Source: Histomonas meleagridis 2922-C6/04-290x
Taxonomy: Eukaryota; Protista; Parabasalia
Direction of reading: 5' to 3'
Assembly (NCBI GenBank): GCA_020184695.1
Contig: JAANOX010000029.1
Location: 1-64,000 of the forward strand
DNA: 64,000 bases
Part shown: positions 21,927 through 33,512 of the stretch, in pieces
Layout: the number at the start of each line of letters is the position of its first letter
Numbering within the stretch: position 1 is the first letter of the stretch
Program-made: the position numbers and the translations under genes
The notes under the pieces: model-generated
Databases searched by the model: none
The model's input: the letters and a program-made list of their open reading frames with translations, nothing else
What the model was told of the DNA's origin: nothing

Positions 21927-21956
21927 TACGGTTAAAACGGTTATGGTCCTTCCTTT
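21927..21956 (+). promoter_or_regulatory. Trichomonad core promoter: two M3-like (RCGGTT) motifs and an M5-like CCTTT upstream of RPS6
   Basis: tACGGTT at 21927-21933, aACGGTT at 21936-21942 and CCTTT at 21952-21956, just before ATG 21961. These motifs are known from T. vaginalis ribosomal protein promoters. Confidence 0.6.
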
Positions 21957-21960
21957 TTAA

Positions 21961-22611
21961 ATGAGGCTTACACTCGCCTATCCAGATCATGGAACACAAA
22001 TATGTATCGATGTAGAAGATCCAGTCGCACTTAACAGTCTTTATGATCATCGTTTAGGTCAAGATATTGATGGATCAATTCTTGGACAACAATTTGCAGG
22101 ATATCTTTTCCGTCTTGGCGGTGGTTTTGATAAACAAGGATTTCCAATGAAACAAGGTGTTCTTACACCACGACGTGTTCGTTTACTTCTTCGTGCAGGT
22201 ACATCTTGCTATCGTCCACGTAAAGATGGTGAACGTAAAAGGAAAACAGTTCGCGGGTGTGTCATCTCATCCGAAATTTCAGCACTTCATCTTATAGTTC
22301 TTAAGAAAGGTGATGCAGAAATTGAAGGCCTTACAGATAAAGTTGTTCCACGTCGTTATGGACCAAAGCGTGCAACAAGAATTCGTGCAATCTTTGGTGC
22401 AGATAAGAAAGCAGATGTAACCAAGCTCGTTCTTCGCCGTGAAGTCAAACCAGGCAAATTCACACAACCAAAGATCCAAAGACTCATCACACCACGCCGT
22501 CTTGCACGCAAGGCCAAGTTCTTGAAAGAAAAGAAAGCACGTAGAGAAGCTGCAGCCAAGAAAGCTGAAGCATACAAAGCATTACTTGAACAAAGAGGAT
22601 TGAAACATTAA
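21961..22611 (+). CDS. RPS6: 40S ribosomal protein S6 (eS6)
   Basis: GGFDKQGFPMKQGVL, CYRPRKDGERKRKTVRGC, VPRRYGPKRA and PKIQRLITP are eS6 hallmarks. Confidence 0.98.
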   Translation: MRLTLAYPDHGTQICIDVEDPVALNSLYDHRLGQDIDGSILGQQFAGYLFRLGGGFDKQGFPMKQGVLTPRRVRLLLRAGTSCYRPRKDGERKRKTVRGCVISSEISALHLIVLKKGDAEIEGLTDKVVPRRYGPKRATRIRAIFGADKKADVTKLVLRREVKPGKFTQPKIQRLITPRRLARKAKFLKEKKARREAAAKKAEAYKALLEQRGLKH

Positions 22612-23598
22612 AAATTCAATTTTTTTGATTTAAATTTAAGCTGTATCCTGGACAACTCCAAGCATGTTTGATAAACTTTATTCGAATTGTTTTATGATGA
22701 TTTGTTACAAGTTAATTTGGAAATTTCAATCTTATGCTTTAGGTAAAAACTTTTTAAACTTTTGCCCAGAGAATGATTGTTAACAAATATAATCAATCAG
22801 TATATACTGATACAATCAGTATATTTATTTTAGGTTTTGATAATGAATTTTATTATAGCTTGTAATAGTCAGCACAATGCATTCCAATAGAATATCGGAA
22901 GATATTGTTGCTGATATCTGCCTGTAGGCTCTATTTTTAGCTGATTAGACCAATTTTTTTTTTTAAATTCACATTAAAAAGTGGCTGAAAGTATTGACTG
23001 GTTTATTCAGCTGTTGTATTTTTCAGTTTTTTTTAACGTTTTCAGCGGCTGAAACATTTTTTATAAATCTCGAGATCTTAGTTTAACTATGGGTCTTCTT
23101 AAAAATGATAGTCTCGTAGGACTAATGACTATTCATGGTGATCTCTAACTATAACGTACATTCTGTAACTTAGAAAGCTCCAATTTCAAAAATTAAAACG
23201 ATAAGGAATTTGACTGATAATTGAATGCTGGGTGATTATATTTCATTCAATGTTATTAATACATTTCACTTTATTTGCGGGCTTCTTTGTCTGTAATGGG
23301 TATTCTTTGATATTTTTTTTGTCAAAAACAGAAGGTAAATCATTTAGACATGAAAGGTATTCCATAGGCTTTCGTTTCTATTTAATTTATTGATATTTCA
23401 AGAATAAAATGAGATAACCATTCGAAACATCGAAGTTATTTCATTGAAAGTTTATTGAAAAGTGAAAAAAACAAAGTTGAATACTTTATAAAATAATGTA
23501 TGCGTTTTGATCTGTTAAGAGAAATTTGAATCAAACGGTTGAATCAAAATTGAGGTGAATTAACAGTTAAAGTTGTGTGGCATTCAATTTGCCAGAAA

Positions 23599-25614
23599 AT
23601 GAACAACGGAACAAGCCAGCCAATCCCACCACCAAAGTTGACAGTGCCTCCACCTATTTCTCCGCTGTCAACTCCACCGCCTATATCCTCGCTCTCAACT
23701 CCGCCTCAAATTCCACCACCAACATCAATGCCAAATATCCCACTTCCTACTCATCTTCCACCTATTCCTCCACCTAGTGCATTACCACAAATTCCTCTAC
23801 CAACTAATCTTCCACCAATTCCTGTTCCAAATATCCCATCAATTCCACCACCAACTTCAGTACCAAACATTCCATTGCCAACATCAGTTCCACAAATTCC
23901 ACTTCCTTCCTCGCCACAAATCCCACCACCAGTACCAAATATTCCAGCCCCAACTTCAGTTCCACCCATTCCACCACCTACCAATGTTCCAAATATACCT
24001 CAACCATCAACAGTTCCACAAATTCCACTTCCTTCCACACCACAAATTCCACATCCAACCACTGTACCTAATATACCATCACCTACTCCAGTTCCGCAAA
24101 TTCCACAGCCAACTCCAGTTCCTAATATTCCATCTCCTGCAACTGTTCCACAGATTCCACAACCAGCAGCACCACCACAAATTCCACAGCCTGCTGCAGT
24201 GCCCAACATTCCTTCTCCTCCTTCTGCAGTTCCGCAGGCCACACAGCCATCTTCATTACCACGAATTCCTTCACCCACTTCAGTGCCAAACATTCCTCAG
24301 CCGCCCACAATGTCAACTGCAGCAGCTCCACAAAGTCCTTCGCCATCAAACTCTGAGCAATCTTCTTCAGCTTCTTTCACTATTCCACAAAGTATTTATT
24401 CGTTACCACCACAGCGCTCACACCATTCACCAGACTCGTCCAACTACAATTCGCCTGCTTCAAGTCTCGACAAAGGTGCGTCGCCACTTGCTGCGCAAAC
24501 CACTGATGCTCTTGCGCCATCAAGGCGCCAGCACCATCACCACAGCTCGCATGGCACTCATGGCACTCATAGTTCTCGTGGCTCTCACAGCTCATCTTCT
24601 CTTATTGTTCCAAACGAAAACAATGCAACTGAGCAGCCAAATGTACCCACAATAGCATCGCCGCCACAACAACAATCTGAAGTTCAGCAGCCAAAACCAG
24701 ATCCAACAGCGCCACTTCAGCAAACAGAAATCCAACAACCAAAGACAGAAGCTACACCACCACCAGCAGCAGCGCCGCCAATGCAGCAAAACAGCTCAGC
24801 GCAAAACCTCCTTGACATTGAATTCTACTTCATCAAGCCCAAAGTCATCACTCGCGTCATGCGCCGCCCGCGCAAGACCATCAAAGCGCGCGCCGGCCCG
24901 AAGCGCCTCGTCCACAAGTGCCCCACTGTTCCGTCATTTACACCTCCACCGCCCAAGCCGCCCAAGGAAGAGATCGAGCCCGAAGTTACTCAGCCAGAGC
25001 TGCCGCAGCGATCGCAAGACGACTCTGTGCTTGCGCCATCGACTCCGCGCAACGAGCCGCCGCCATCGCGGCACGTGTGGCAGTCCACAATCCAAACGAC
25101 TCCGCCTCTTGTTCAGAGTGTTGCACTGCCTGCGCCGTCTGCAGCGCCCGCGCAGCCGCCCGTTCCAAAGCCTCAGACGCCGCCAACGAGTGGTGCTGTA
25201 GCGAGTAAAACAATATCATTCGCGCAGCCGCCGGCGCCAAAGCCTATGCAACTGCCAGCGCAGAAGAAGAAGGAGGAAACGCCGCTGCAAAAGCCTATTG
25301 TCGTCGATAAGCAGCTTACGACAAGTTCTATCAAGGAGCGCATGGCAATGCTGCGTAACTCGGGACTCGAGAAGGCGCTCGCAAGCGGCGGCGTGAGACA
25401 AGTGAAGACGCGGCCGACGCAGCCAGGCGTAAGTCAGTACGCATCAGCGGCGCCACAGCAAATGTTCCCAATCGGCTCGAATATGAATGTGCAGTTGCGC
25501 CCAATTAAACAGCCAACGCAGCCGGTGCAGGAAGTGATGACACCAGGAAAGCAAATAGTCAGAAACGTAAGGCCAAGCAGAGGAAGAAGACCGCCGACAA
25601 TAGTTATGAATTAG
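23599..25614 (+). CDS. Proline-rich low-complexity protein
   Basis: Long ORF with tandem [TS]VP[NQ]IP repeats; first ATG at 23599. Confidence 0.75.
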   Translation: MNNGTSQPIPPPKLTVPPPISPLSTPPPISSLSTPPQIPPPTSMPNIPLPTHLPPIPPPSALPQIPLPTNLPPIPVPNIPSIPPPTSVPNIPLPTSVPQIPLPSSPQIPPPVPNIPAPTSVPPIPPPTNVPNIPQPSTVPQIPLPSTPQIPHPTTVPNIPSPTPVPQIPQPTPVPNIPSPATVPQIPQPAAPPQIPQPAAVPNIPSPPSAVPQATQPSSLPRIPSPTSVPNIPQPPTMSTAAAPQSPSPSNSEQSSSASFTIPQSIYSLPPQRSHHSPDSSNYNSPASSLDKGASPLAAQTTDALAPSRRQHHHHSSHGTHGTHSSRGSHSSSSLIVPNENNATEQPNVPTIASPPQQQSEVQQPKPDPTAPLQQTEIQQPKTEATPPPAAAPPMQQNSSAQNLLDIEFYFIKPKVITRVMRRPRKTIKARAGPKRLVHKCPTVPSFTPPPPKPPKEEIEPEVTQPELPQRSQDDSVLAPSTPRNEPPPSRHVWQSTIQTTPPLVQSVALPAPSAAPAQPPVPKPQTPPTSGAVASKTISFAQPPAPKPMQLPAQKKKEETPLQKPIVVDKQLTTSSIKERMAMLRNSGLEKALASGGVRQVKTRPTQPGVSQYASAAPQQMFPIGSNMNVQLRPIKQPTQPVQEVMTPGKQIVRNVRPSRGRRPPTIVMN

Positions 25615-25689
25615 CAAAGTGAAAAATAAACTTTGGCGTTTGAATTGAATTTTATGAATTTATTTTGTGCAGTTCGATATTTTTCATTA

Positions 25690-26000
25690 CGTTACAATTT
25701 ATAAAATTTTGTTCAAGAAGTAATTTATCTATTTCAGTGTGACCATTTGAAGATGCATTCATGAGTGAGTGCTGTATTAAATAATTTGAATTTCCAAATA
25801 TTTTTTATAAATTCTAAATTATTGAAATAAATATCAAATAAAGCAAATAAATTGTTTTAGCATTAATATCAATACCTTCTTGTTCAAGAAGTAATTTAAC
25901 TATTTATATATTATCATTTGAAGATGCTATTATAAGTGCTGTATAAAATAATTCAAATAATTTCCAAATATTATTTTGAAACAATAAAAATGAACATGTA
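25690..26000 (-). pseudogene. Ankyrin-repeat remnant (locus F) with insert-containing loops
   Basis: Minus strand reads TALIIASSNDNI..VKLLLEQEGIDINAKN; spacer 25776-25853 decodes D-R-G-N, followed by a 4-nt duplication frameshift. Confidence 0.7.
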
Positions 26001-26854
26001 CTTTTCTCTATTTTACCCAATTTATTATTCTTTTTTGAAAAGTTCCAACATTGATTTGACCCTAGGACGAAGTTCTGATCCAATTTGTAGGTTCACATTT
26101 AATTTGTCGACAAAGAGTTGTATCGAGTTCTGAGTCATTCAGAAAGTGATGTTCACGATGATCGATTTGGAAAGAGCGCTGAAATTTCAAAGAAGATACA
26201 ACGGTACCCATAACAGATAAGAAAGATATGAAACCTAAGCCATACAAAAGAAGTATCAGCGATCAGGAGATGACTCTAATAGCGCCTTTGGTGCCACATA
26301 TGAGCTATCATCAACATTATGACTTAACAACCTAAAAAATAAATTTTAATATTTTAAACATTTTTATTTAATAATTGAATATTTAGCAAAATATAAAAAG
26401 CTATAATGTGATTTCTTTGAATGATATATCTATATTAATTTCTTTTCATCAGTAGGAACAATTATCGACAAAAAGTTTTTAATGTCATTCAACTTTGAAA
26501 AATGATTTTATCCAAATTAAATTAGTATCAAGAATTGGATCATTATTACATATTTGTATTATATGTGAATTTGTTGTTCGTTAATCAAATTGGTCTTAAA
26601 GATCTTTGGCATTATCTGCTTTTTGCAACTTGAAAATAAGACTGAATGTCTTGTGATTAACGCTAGCACTCGTGGTGTCGTTTTTTGTGATTGACTAGTA
26701 GGGTATGATAATTATATGCTTCAATTGCTTGGTTATATGACAGAACTTTAAAAAAAAATAATAACATTTGGCTGATGCTATAGCGGATGTTGTATTGATT
26801 TTGATTACTGTTGAACGGAATTCCGTCCATTTTTGAAAGTTATTCATTCGAAAT

Positions 26855-29419
26855 ATGATGAAAATGTGCTGTAACTTTACAAATTTCCCTCATTTTGAAT
26901 TATTTTTTCTATTAGCCGATGGAATATTGAGTAGTATTGAACACTTCATAAAATACGTTTATTTGATTGTTTATTATAAAGGAAAGAGATTTGATTGTTC
27001 CGAATACAAAATGCAGTGTTATATCGTAACAGCATCAATACAATTAGCAACTAGGAGTGTTTTTTATACAATACACAATTTTATTCATCATCCAATAAAT
27101 GAAGATATTAATTTTCCAATGAACAAAAATACCAAAATTACCATAAATCTTGTGAATAACCTTTATATAAATTATCTTACTTTGTTTGATAAATCCATAA
27201 AACATTATAGTTATAAGAAAAACGATTTTCATTTTACTTATTTTAAACCAAACATTAATAAAACCTTTCTTTTTCAAAATTTAGATAATTATAAAAGTTT
27301 TATTTTACAAAAATTTATTATTTATTTTCAGCAAATTGATGACTATTTCTCTTCTTTCTCTTCATATTCGTTTATTTCTTTTTATTCATTTAAAACAAAT
27401 TCGAAATGTTTTTTATATTTAATTTTTCTTATTTTGATATTTTTCTTTAAAGAAGGAATTTATTTTTTAATAAAATTTAATTCAAATAATCTGAATAGAA
27501 GTAAGGAAAACGTCAAATTTGTTTTCATATTGTTTATTTTGTTTTTTTCTCATTCGATACAAACTTTTGATACAGATACATCAACATTAACTATAACGAA
27601 TTTAAATGAATTTACAAATGATTATCAAAGTAATACAAAATATGTTATCATTTCAAGTGGAATAACAGAAATTCCAGGTTCCGCTTTTTATGAATGGACA
27701 TCATTGCTTACAGCAGAGATTGCAGACTCAGTCACTTCAATTGGATTTTATGCATTTTTTATGTGTTCTAATTTAGAAGAAGTTTCATTTGGAGAAGGTA
27801 TAACAAGTATTGGATCAAGTGCATTTCAAAGCACTGCATTAAAATATGTAACAATTAAAAGTCCTCTTACAACAGTTGGTGGAGATGTATTTAATGGATG
27901 TGATAAACTTGAAAGTGTAATTTTTTGTGAAGGTGTTCAAACAATTGGATCTTTTATGTTTCAAAACTGTATTAATCTTAAAGATGTTACAATTTCAAGT
28001 ACAATTTCTTCAATATCAACAAATCCATTTCTTTATTGTAGTAGTCTTCAAATTATTAAAATTGCAGAAGATAATTCATATTATAGTAATTATGAAAACG
28101 ATGGAGTTTTATATGATAAATTGATTACGAAACTCATTATTTATCCACTTGGAAATCTCAGGGAAACATTCAGCATTCCAGATTCAGTCACTTCAATTGA
28201 ATCAGATGCATTTAATTTATGTACAAATTTAATAACAATTTCAATTGGGAAAAGTTTAAATACGATAAAAAGTTCTGCATTCTCAAGTTGTGTATTTACG
28301 AATTTCATAATTCCAAATACTGTTATAGAGATTCAACAAAGTGCTTTTTCATTCTGTTATGAATTAGAAACGATTATCATTGGCGAAAGTGTTGAAAATA
28401 TTGGAAATCAAGCATTTGCGTATTGTACATCACTGAAATGTATTTATTTTTATGGCGAAACTTCACCAGCATTTGGAAGTGATTGTTTTCAAGATGTCGC
28501 AACAAAATATGTTATGGTCAATGAAACATATATAAGTGAAGGATTTGGAGAATTAAAGATAACGAAAGGAACAATTGACGAATGTCTTCCTCCAACACTT
28601 ACATTTACTAATTCGAATACATTTACAAATTCAAATAAATTTACACAATCAAACACATTTACTAAATCAAATACATTTTCTAATTCAAATTCATTTACAC
28701 TATCAAATACATTTTCTAAATCAAATTCATTTACACAATCAAGTACATTTTCTAATTCATATACATTATCGAATTCAGATACATTCAAAAATACATTTAC
28801 TAAATCAAATACATTTACACAATCAAATACATTTTCTAATTCAAACACATTTACTAAATCAAGTACATTCACAAATACATTTACACAATCAAGTACATTC
28901 ACAAATACATTATCTAAATCAAATACATTTTCATCATATATAAATTTAAAACATTCATTTATTTTAACAAATATTTTATCATTTACACAAACATTAAGTA
29001 TTTATATTTCATATTTTAATTCATTTATTATTACAAATATCAATTCAACATTTATATATATTTCAAGAACATTTATATATTATGATTATACAGTTATTAT
29101 TTATTCACAATATTTCACATTTTATTCTAATTTTTATATTATTAATGAAAATAATGAAAATCAAAATGATGATCAAACATATATTTATATTATTATTGGA
29201 GTATTGATTGGAATAATAATTATTATTCTTGTTATTGTATTGCTTATTATATTCTTAATTCGTAATCGAAAACAAGGAAATAAAGAAGAAGAAGAAATTG
29301 AATATGACGAAGAAACATCGAAAGAAATGAATTTTACTATTGAATATTCAAGGAATAATATTGAAGAAGATCCATTTGCGAAAGATTTCAATGAAGATAA
29401 TTTTAATTTTCACATATAA
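26855..29419 (+). CDS. BspA-like (TpLRR) surface protein with S/T-rich stalk, transmembrane helix and acidic tail
   Basis: LRR_5 repeats (IPDSVTSIGxxAF), hydrophobic FVFILFILFFSHS, xTFTxS stalk, TM IIIGVLIGIIIIILVIVLLIIFLI and tail EEDPFAKDF. True start uncertain. Confidence 0.9.
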   Translation: MMKMCCNFTNFPHFELFFLLADGILSSIEHFIKYVYLIVYYKGKRFDCSEYKMQCYIVTASIQLATRSVFYTIHNFIHHPINEDINFPMNKNTKITINLVNNLYINYLTLFDKSIKHYSYKKNDFHFTYFKPNINKTFLFQNLDNYKSFILQKFIIYFQQIDDYFSSFSSYSFISFYSFKTNSKCFLYLIFLILIFFFKEGIYFLIKFNSNNLNRSKENVKFVFILFILFFSHSIQTFDTDTSTLTITNLNEFTNDYQSNTKYVIISSGITEIPGSAFYEWTSLLTAEIADSVTSIGFYAFFMCSNLEEVSFGEGITSIGSSAFQSTALKYVTIKSPLTTVGGDVFNGCDKLESVIFCEGVQTIGSFMFQNCINLKDVTISSTISSISTNPFLYCSSLQIIKIAEDNSYYSNYENDGVLYDKLITKLIIYPLGNLRETFSIPDSVTSIESDAFNLCTNLITISIGKSLNTIKSSAFSSCVFTNFIIPNTVIEIQQSAFSFCYELETIIIGESVENIGNQAFAYCTSLKCIYFYGETSPAFGSDCFQDVATKYVMVNETYISEGFGELKITKGTIDECLPPTLTFTNSNTFTNSNKFTQSNTFTKSNTFSNSNSFTLSNTFSKSNSFTQSSTFSNSYTLSNSDTFKNTFTKSNTFTQSNTFSNSNTFTKSSTFTNTFTQSSTFTNTLSKSNTFSSYINLKHSFILTNILSFTQTLSIYISYFNSFIITNINSTFIYISRTFIYYDYTVIIYSQYFTFYSNFYIINENNENQNDDQTYIYIIIGVLIGIIIIILVIVLLIIFLIRNRKQGNKEEEEIEYDEETSKEMNFTIEYSRNNIEEDPFAKDFNEDNFNFHI
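28598..28930 (+). repeat. 18-nt coding tandem repeats (S-N-T-F-T-x hexapeptide stalk)
   Basis: Repeated tcaaatacatttac/ttc units. Confidence 0.85.
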
Positions 29420-29659
29420 TATAAACATTAATAATGAATAAAATATTAAAACTATTTCTATTATTTTTATTAAAATATTTGAAATTTTTATCCATCAATG
29501 AATCAGTTATCTTAAACATTTGAATTGCATTAGAATTTTATGTTTTTCCTTTATATCAAATAAATAAAATTAATTTTATTCATACTTTTGACACACAAAT
29601 TATAAGATATAAATTCAAAAACAATTTCCATTTAAGACACAACAAATCCAATATTTTAT

Positions 29660-31918
29660 TTATAAGTTTTCATTAATAAGTTCTTCAATTGAGTTTTGCA
29701 AGTGAATAATTTCGTCGTATTTCCACTTTTCTTCCTCAAATGACTTATGTAAACTCTTACACCACTTCAAGAGCTCGTTCAGTCTCTTTTGTGTTTCTGT
29801 GATTTTCTTTTCCTGCGACAACAGCAGCGCTTTTGTCTTCTCCAGTAATTTATTCAGTCGCTTAATTTGCTTTATCAAACTATCGAACACTTTCACAATT
29901 GATGTATTACTGCAATTCGCCTTTTTCCTAATACTAATTACATCGTTCGCGAGTTGTCGACATAATGTAATTACATTATAGCGCGTGTATTCGATGTCCT
30001 CATTACCAACTGCTTTACGTATTAACTCAAATGTTTCGCGATCAATTCGCGGCTTATCTTCATATGACTTCTGAAGTTTCTCTGTTATCTTTCGTGTGAG
30101 AATTGGCTTAAGTTCATTTTCAACAATTTCGCGATTCTTCTGTGTAATCTTTGGCGTTATTTCCTTTTCGATTTTCTTTCTTAATTCATCTTTCGTTTGT
30201 TTTGTGACTTCTTCTCGAATTTCATTTGCAATTTGTGGTCGAAGTTCATTCATTATTTCTTCACGTAATAAAATTTCGTTTTGTGCTTTAACTTGTTTCG
30301 TTATCTTTGGAATAAGTTCTTTCTTAAGGTTCGCACGTATTTCGTTACTAAGTAATGGCGTAAGTTCACTACGTATTTTAGGTGTAAGTTCATTACGTAA
30401 TTTGTTTTCAAGTTTCATTTTGACGTCGCGTTTTATATTTGGACGAAGTTCAGCTGTAATTTTAGGCCGTAATTCGCGTTCAATGTTTGGCGTAAGTTCG
30501 GACATCATTCGTTGTTTGAGTTCGCGCTTTATTTGTGGACGTAATTCATTTCGAATTGTTTCGCGAAGTTTCGGTTCGTATTTATTGTGCATCTTTTCTT
30601 TGAGCTCCGATTTGATCTTCGGTCGAAGTTCTGATTCAATCTGTGGCGTAAGTTCGCGTCGAAGTTGTCGACGAAGCGCCGTTTCGAGTTCTGCGTCATT
30701 CAGATGCTGATGTTCGCGATTTGGAATGCGCGCTTGCATGCGCTCGAGGATCCGACTGCGGCACTCGCGCTCAATCTGTGGACGAAGTTTAGCTTCGATC
30801 TTTGGCTTAAGCTCGTTTTTAATTTGCGTGCGAAGTGATAACTCACGTTCACTTCGATCGGATGCATATTGTTTGCTGACTTCTTTGTGGATTTGTCGGC
30901 GCAATTCGCGCTCAATCTGCGGACGAAGAGTCGCTTCGAGTTCATTTCGTATTCGAACGCGAAGACTTCGTTCGAGTAAAGACTTTTCGCTGTCGAATTT
31001 TTGTTTGAGTTTTGCTTCGATTTTGGGCTTAAGTTCGTTTTTGATTCGTTTGCCCATATTCGATTCAGCTGTTGCTGCATCGCTGTTTAACTCTTTAAGA
31101 ATTTGCACACGAAGTTGTGATTCCATATGCTGAAGTTTGGATGCGTTTTTTTGTTCCAGTTCTTCTTTTATTTGTTGACGGATGGAATTAAGATCGAAGC
31201 TAAATTGGTGATTTGAAGAAATAGAAGTGTTAAATGTTTCAGAATCAGATTTGAAGGCTTGAAGTGTACCGATTTTTGACTTTCCGATGATGCGATGAAG
31301 AATATCATTGATCAAAATTTCTTGCCATAATAGCGCAGATAACTCTTTTGAACTGACGGGGTTGTTAAAAAGAAAAGTTTTAATGCGCATGAGGCGATTT
31401 TTGGATTGGATTTCACTTAAAAGTTGATCGGTGATGTCGGGAATGATTGTGTCATTTTCGGTGAAATCACTAATGGATGAAATGAGTTGAGAAGTACGAG
31501 ATGCTTGTTCAAGAGCAAGTTTGGACGCGGTTTCGGGAAGGAAAAGAGATCCATTTTGTTGTGAAATGAGAAACATTGACTGAAGATCAGGTGTTTCAAC
31601 AAGCCTAGTAAGGAACTGAGTATGGCCTTTGAGTTGATTACATAATCTATTAATTGATGAATTATATTGTTCTAAAATGTCTTCAATTTTGCTTAAAACT
31701 AATTTTGGATCTGAGCTTGTTTTAAGGGATTTGAGTTCATTAATTTGAATGATGTCTTGAGGATTTGTTGAATCAATGAAAATATTTAATATGTCACTCG
31801 TTGAAATTGTATTTTTTGATTTTGCTTGCTGTTTCCCTGAGCTTCCATATTCATCAGAGCTATAAATGTTATCGCTCTCATCTGTTGAAACTTCATTTTT
31901 GGTGGAAACTCTTCTCAT
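29660..31918 (-). CDS. Hypothetical coiled-coil protein with EL[RT]P[KQ]I repeats
   Basis: Long ORF with many ELRPKI/ELRPQI/ELTPKI units; ATG at 31918. Confidence 0.8.
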   Translation of the reverse strand: MRRVSTKNEVSTDESDNIYSSDEYGSSGKQQAKSKNTISTSDILNIFIDSTNPQDIIQINELKSLKTSSDPKLVLSKIEDILEQYNSSINRLCNQLKGHTQFLTRLVETPDLQSMFLISQQNGSLFLPETASKLALEQASRTSQLISSISDFTENDTIIPDITDQLLSEIQSKNRLMRIKTFLFNNPVSSKELSALLWQEILINDILHRIIGKSKIGTLQAFKSDSETFNTSISSNHQFSFDLNSIRQQIKEELEQKNASKLQHMESQLRVQILKELNSDAATAESNMGKRIKNELKPKIEAKLKQKFDSEKSLLERSLRVRIRNELEATLRPQIERELRRQIHKEVSKQYASDRSERELSLRTQIKNELKPKIEAKLRPQIERECRSRILERMQARIPNREHQHLNDAELETALRRQLRRELTPQIESELRPKIKSELKEKMHNKYEPKLRETIRNELRPQIKRELKQRMMSELTPNIERELRPKITAELRPNIKRDVKMKLENKLRNELTPKIRSELTPLLSNEIRANLKKELIPKITKQVKAQNEILLREEIMNELRPQIANEIREEVTKQTKDELRKKIEKEITPKITQKNREIVENELKPILTRKITEKLQKSYEDKPRIDRETFELIRKAVGNEDIEYTRYNVITLCRQLANDVISIRKKANCSNTSIVKVFDSLIKQIKRLNKLLEKTKALLLSQEKKITETQKRLNELLKWCKSLHKSFEEEKWKYDEIIHLQNSIEELINENL

Positions 31919-32435
31919 TTGGTTCTGACCGTTAAAAAAAGTAAACGGTATAAAAAAGCGCCAAACCACAATTCGCGAATTGTTGCTGGGTCATGAAAAA
32001 TCTAAAATGAATCATAGATATCAAAACTCACACAACGAATGTTTTTTATTTTTCATTTTTTAAGTTTTGGGAAGATTGATATGATTTTTTCAAATTCTTT
32101 TTTCTTTCAAATTTTAAGTTTAATCTAATATTATCTTTAGTAATAGGATGGTAATAAAGATAAATTCATTGAAAAATACGAATAATTCATTGTTTTAAAA
32201 TGTGTGTTGATTGAGCTCATATTTTCTTAGAGGAAATATCTTCCAATTATTCTATATAACAATGTCCTATGTAATTTACAATTTGTCTCTTTGGGAATGA
32301 TTTGATATTATTTTAATGATTAATAATGAACTATTATCTTTTTTTATTGAACATTGTATCTAATTAAAGGGGAATAAAATTACAAAACATATACAAATAG
32401 TTCATTTAGTAATTGTGACAATTCAAATTGTTCCT

Positions 32436-33131
32436 TCACACTAAGAACACGTAAATCAAAAGCGCCACGGCAATGCACGTGAGCACAACACATCCAACCT
32501 TGAACCAGCACTCGGGGTTATCTGCAATTTCAATAAGTTTCTTGACAGCCCTGTCGAGCTTGTTCTGCGCTCGCTCCATTTGCTCGTCCATATCGTTAAG
32601 GCGCTCTTGGTCGTCAAGAAGTGCGTTATTAATCTCATTTCCAATTTGTTTAATTTGAGTTACACCCTCATTAATGGTATCAAGGTCCTGATCTTGATGT
32701 TCCAATTGTTGGTTTTGATATCTGAGTTCATCGTCAATGAAGTTTTGGTTATCTTCGCGTTTAGCTTTAACGTAATTACTTTCAGGGGCACTCTTAGGGG
32801 ATGTAATATGTTGGAGATTGTTCTCTAATAAGTTTTTGATGTCGTTTAAGCGTGATTGTGCATTCTTAAGTTCATTTTCTCGTTCATCAAGTTGTTCGAG
32901 TGTAAGATTATGCTTACTTGGATCAATACGTGATGTGTCAACAGTCCTTTGAAGAGTCTCTTTCATTTGAAGTGCATCACTATATTGATTTTGAATTTGT
33001 GCTTCAAGATATGCGATACTTGGTGAATTTGTTTGACGAAGAGCTTGGAGCTCTTTAACTCTGTTTTCAATGTTTGTGATATTTGTTTTTAATTGATTAA
33101 GAAAGTTATTAAATGGGTCTGGCGGCAACAT
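32436..33131 (-). CDS. Qc-SNARE, syntaxin-6/Tlg1-like
   Basis: N-terminal DPF helical bundle, SNARE motif (QDQDLDTINEGVTQIKQIGNEINNAL..DQERLNDMDEQM) and C-terminal TM. Confidence 0.85.
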   Translation of the reverse strand: MLPPDPFNNFLNQLKTNITNIENRVKELQALRQTNSPSIAYLEAQIQNQYSDALQMKETLQRTVDTSRIDPSKHNLTLEQLDERENELKNAQSRLNDIKNLLENNLQHITSPKSAPESNYVKAKREDNQNFIDDELRYQNQQLEHQDQDLDTINEGVTQIKQIGNEINNALLDDQERLNDMDEQMERAQNKLDRAVKKLIEIADNPECWFKVGCVVLTCIAVALLIYVFLV

Positions 33132-33512
33132 GAAAAAATTGTTGGAGGTTTTATGGCGGTTATATCGGTTTTTAGATTGGGCAATTATTAATCACCGGAA
33201 GCACATGTGTTATGATTAAATAGAGATATTTGTTTTGGCTTCTTTTTCTGCTTTAGTGGTTTGTAAACAATGTGCAGATTTGGAAAATTATTCATACATT
33301 CAACATTTCTAATGTTCATATTTTCAATTCAAATTTCACAAAATATTATTACAATGAATCTAAAAAGTAGGTTACCTAGTTAAAAATGAAGAGAATTAAT
33401 TTTTTTTTAGAAAAAAAAAAAAAAAAAAAACGAAAAAATGCCGATCAAAGCCGAAATAAAAGTGACAGTTCATTTTTAGGCCAAACAAAGCTAGTGAATA
33501 AGTGGCCTTTTG

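Noticed and set aside
23080-23160. Resemblance to the LSU rRNA TAACTATGACTCTCTTAAGG region
   Set aside because: Only short, gapped matches in AT-rich DNA, with no flanking rRNA similarity.
23577-25401. Multiple overlapping ORFs in the Pro-rich gene, and similar shadows in BspA, DAW1 and the coiled-coil gene
   Set aside because: Alternative-frame and antisense artefacts of repetitive or GC-rich coding sequence.
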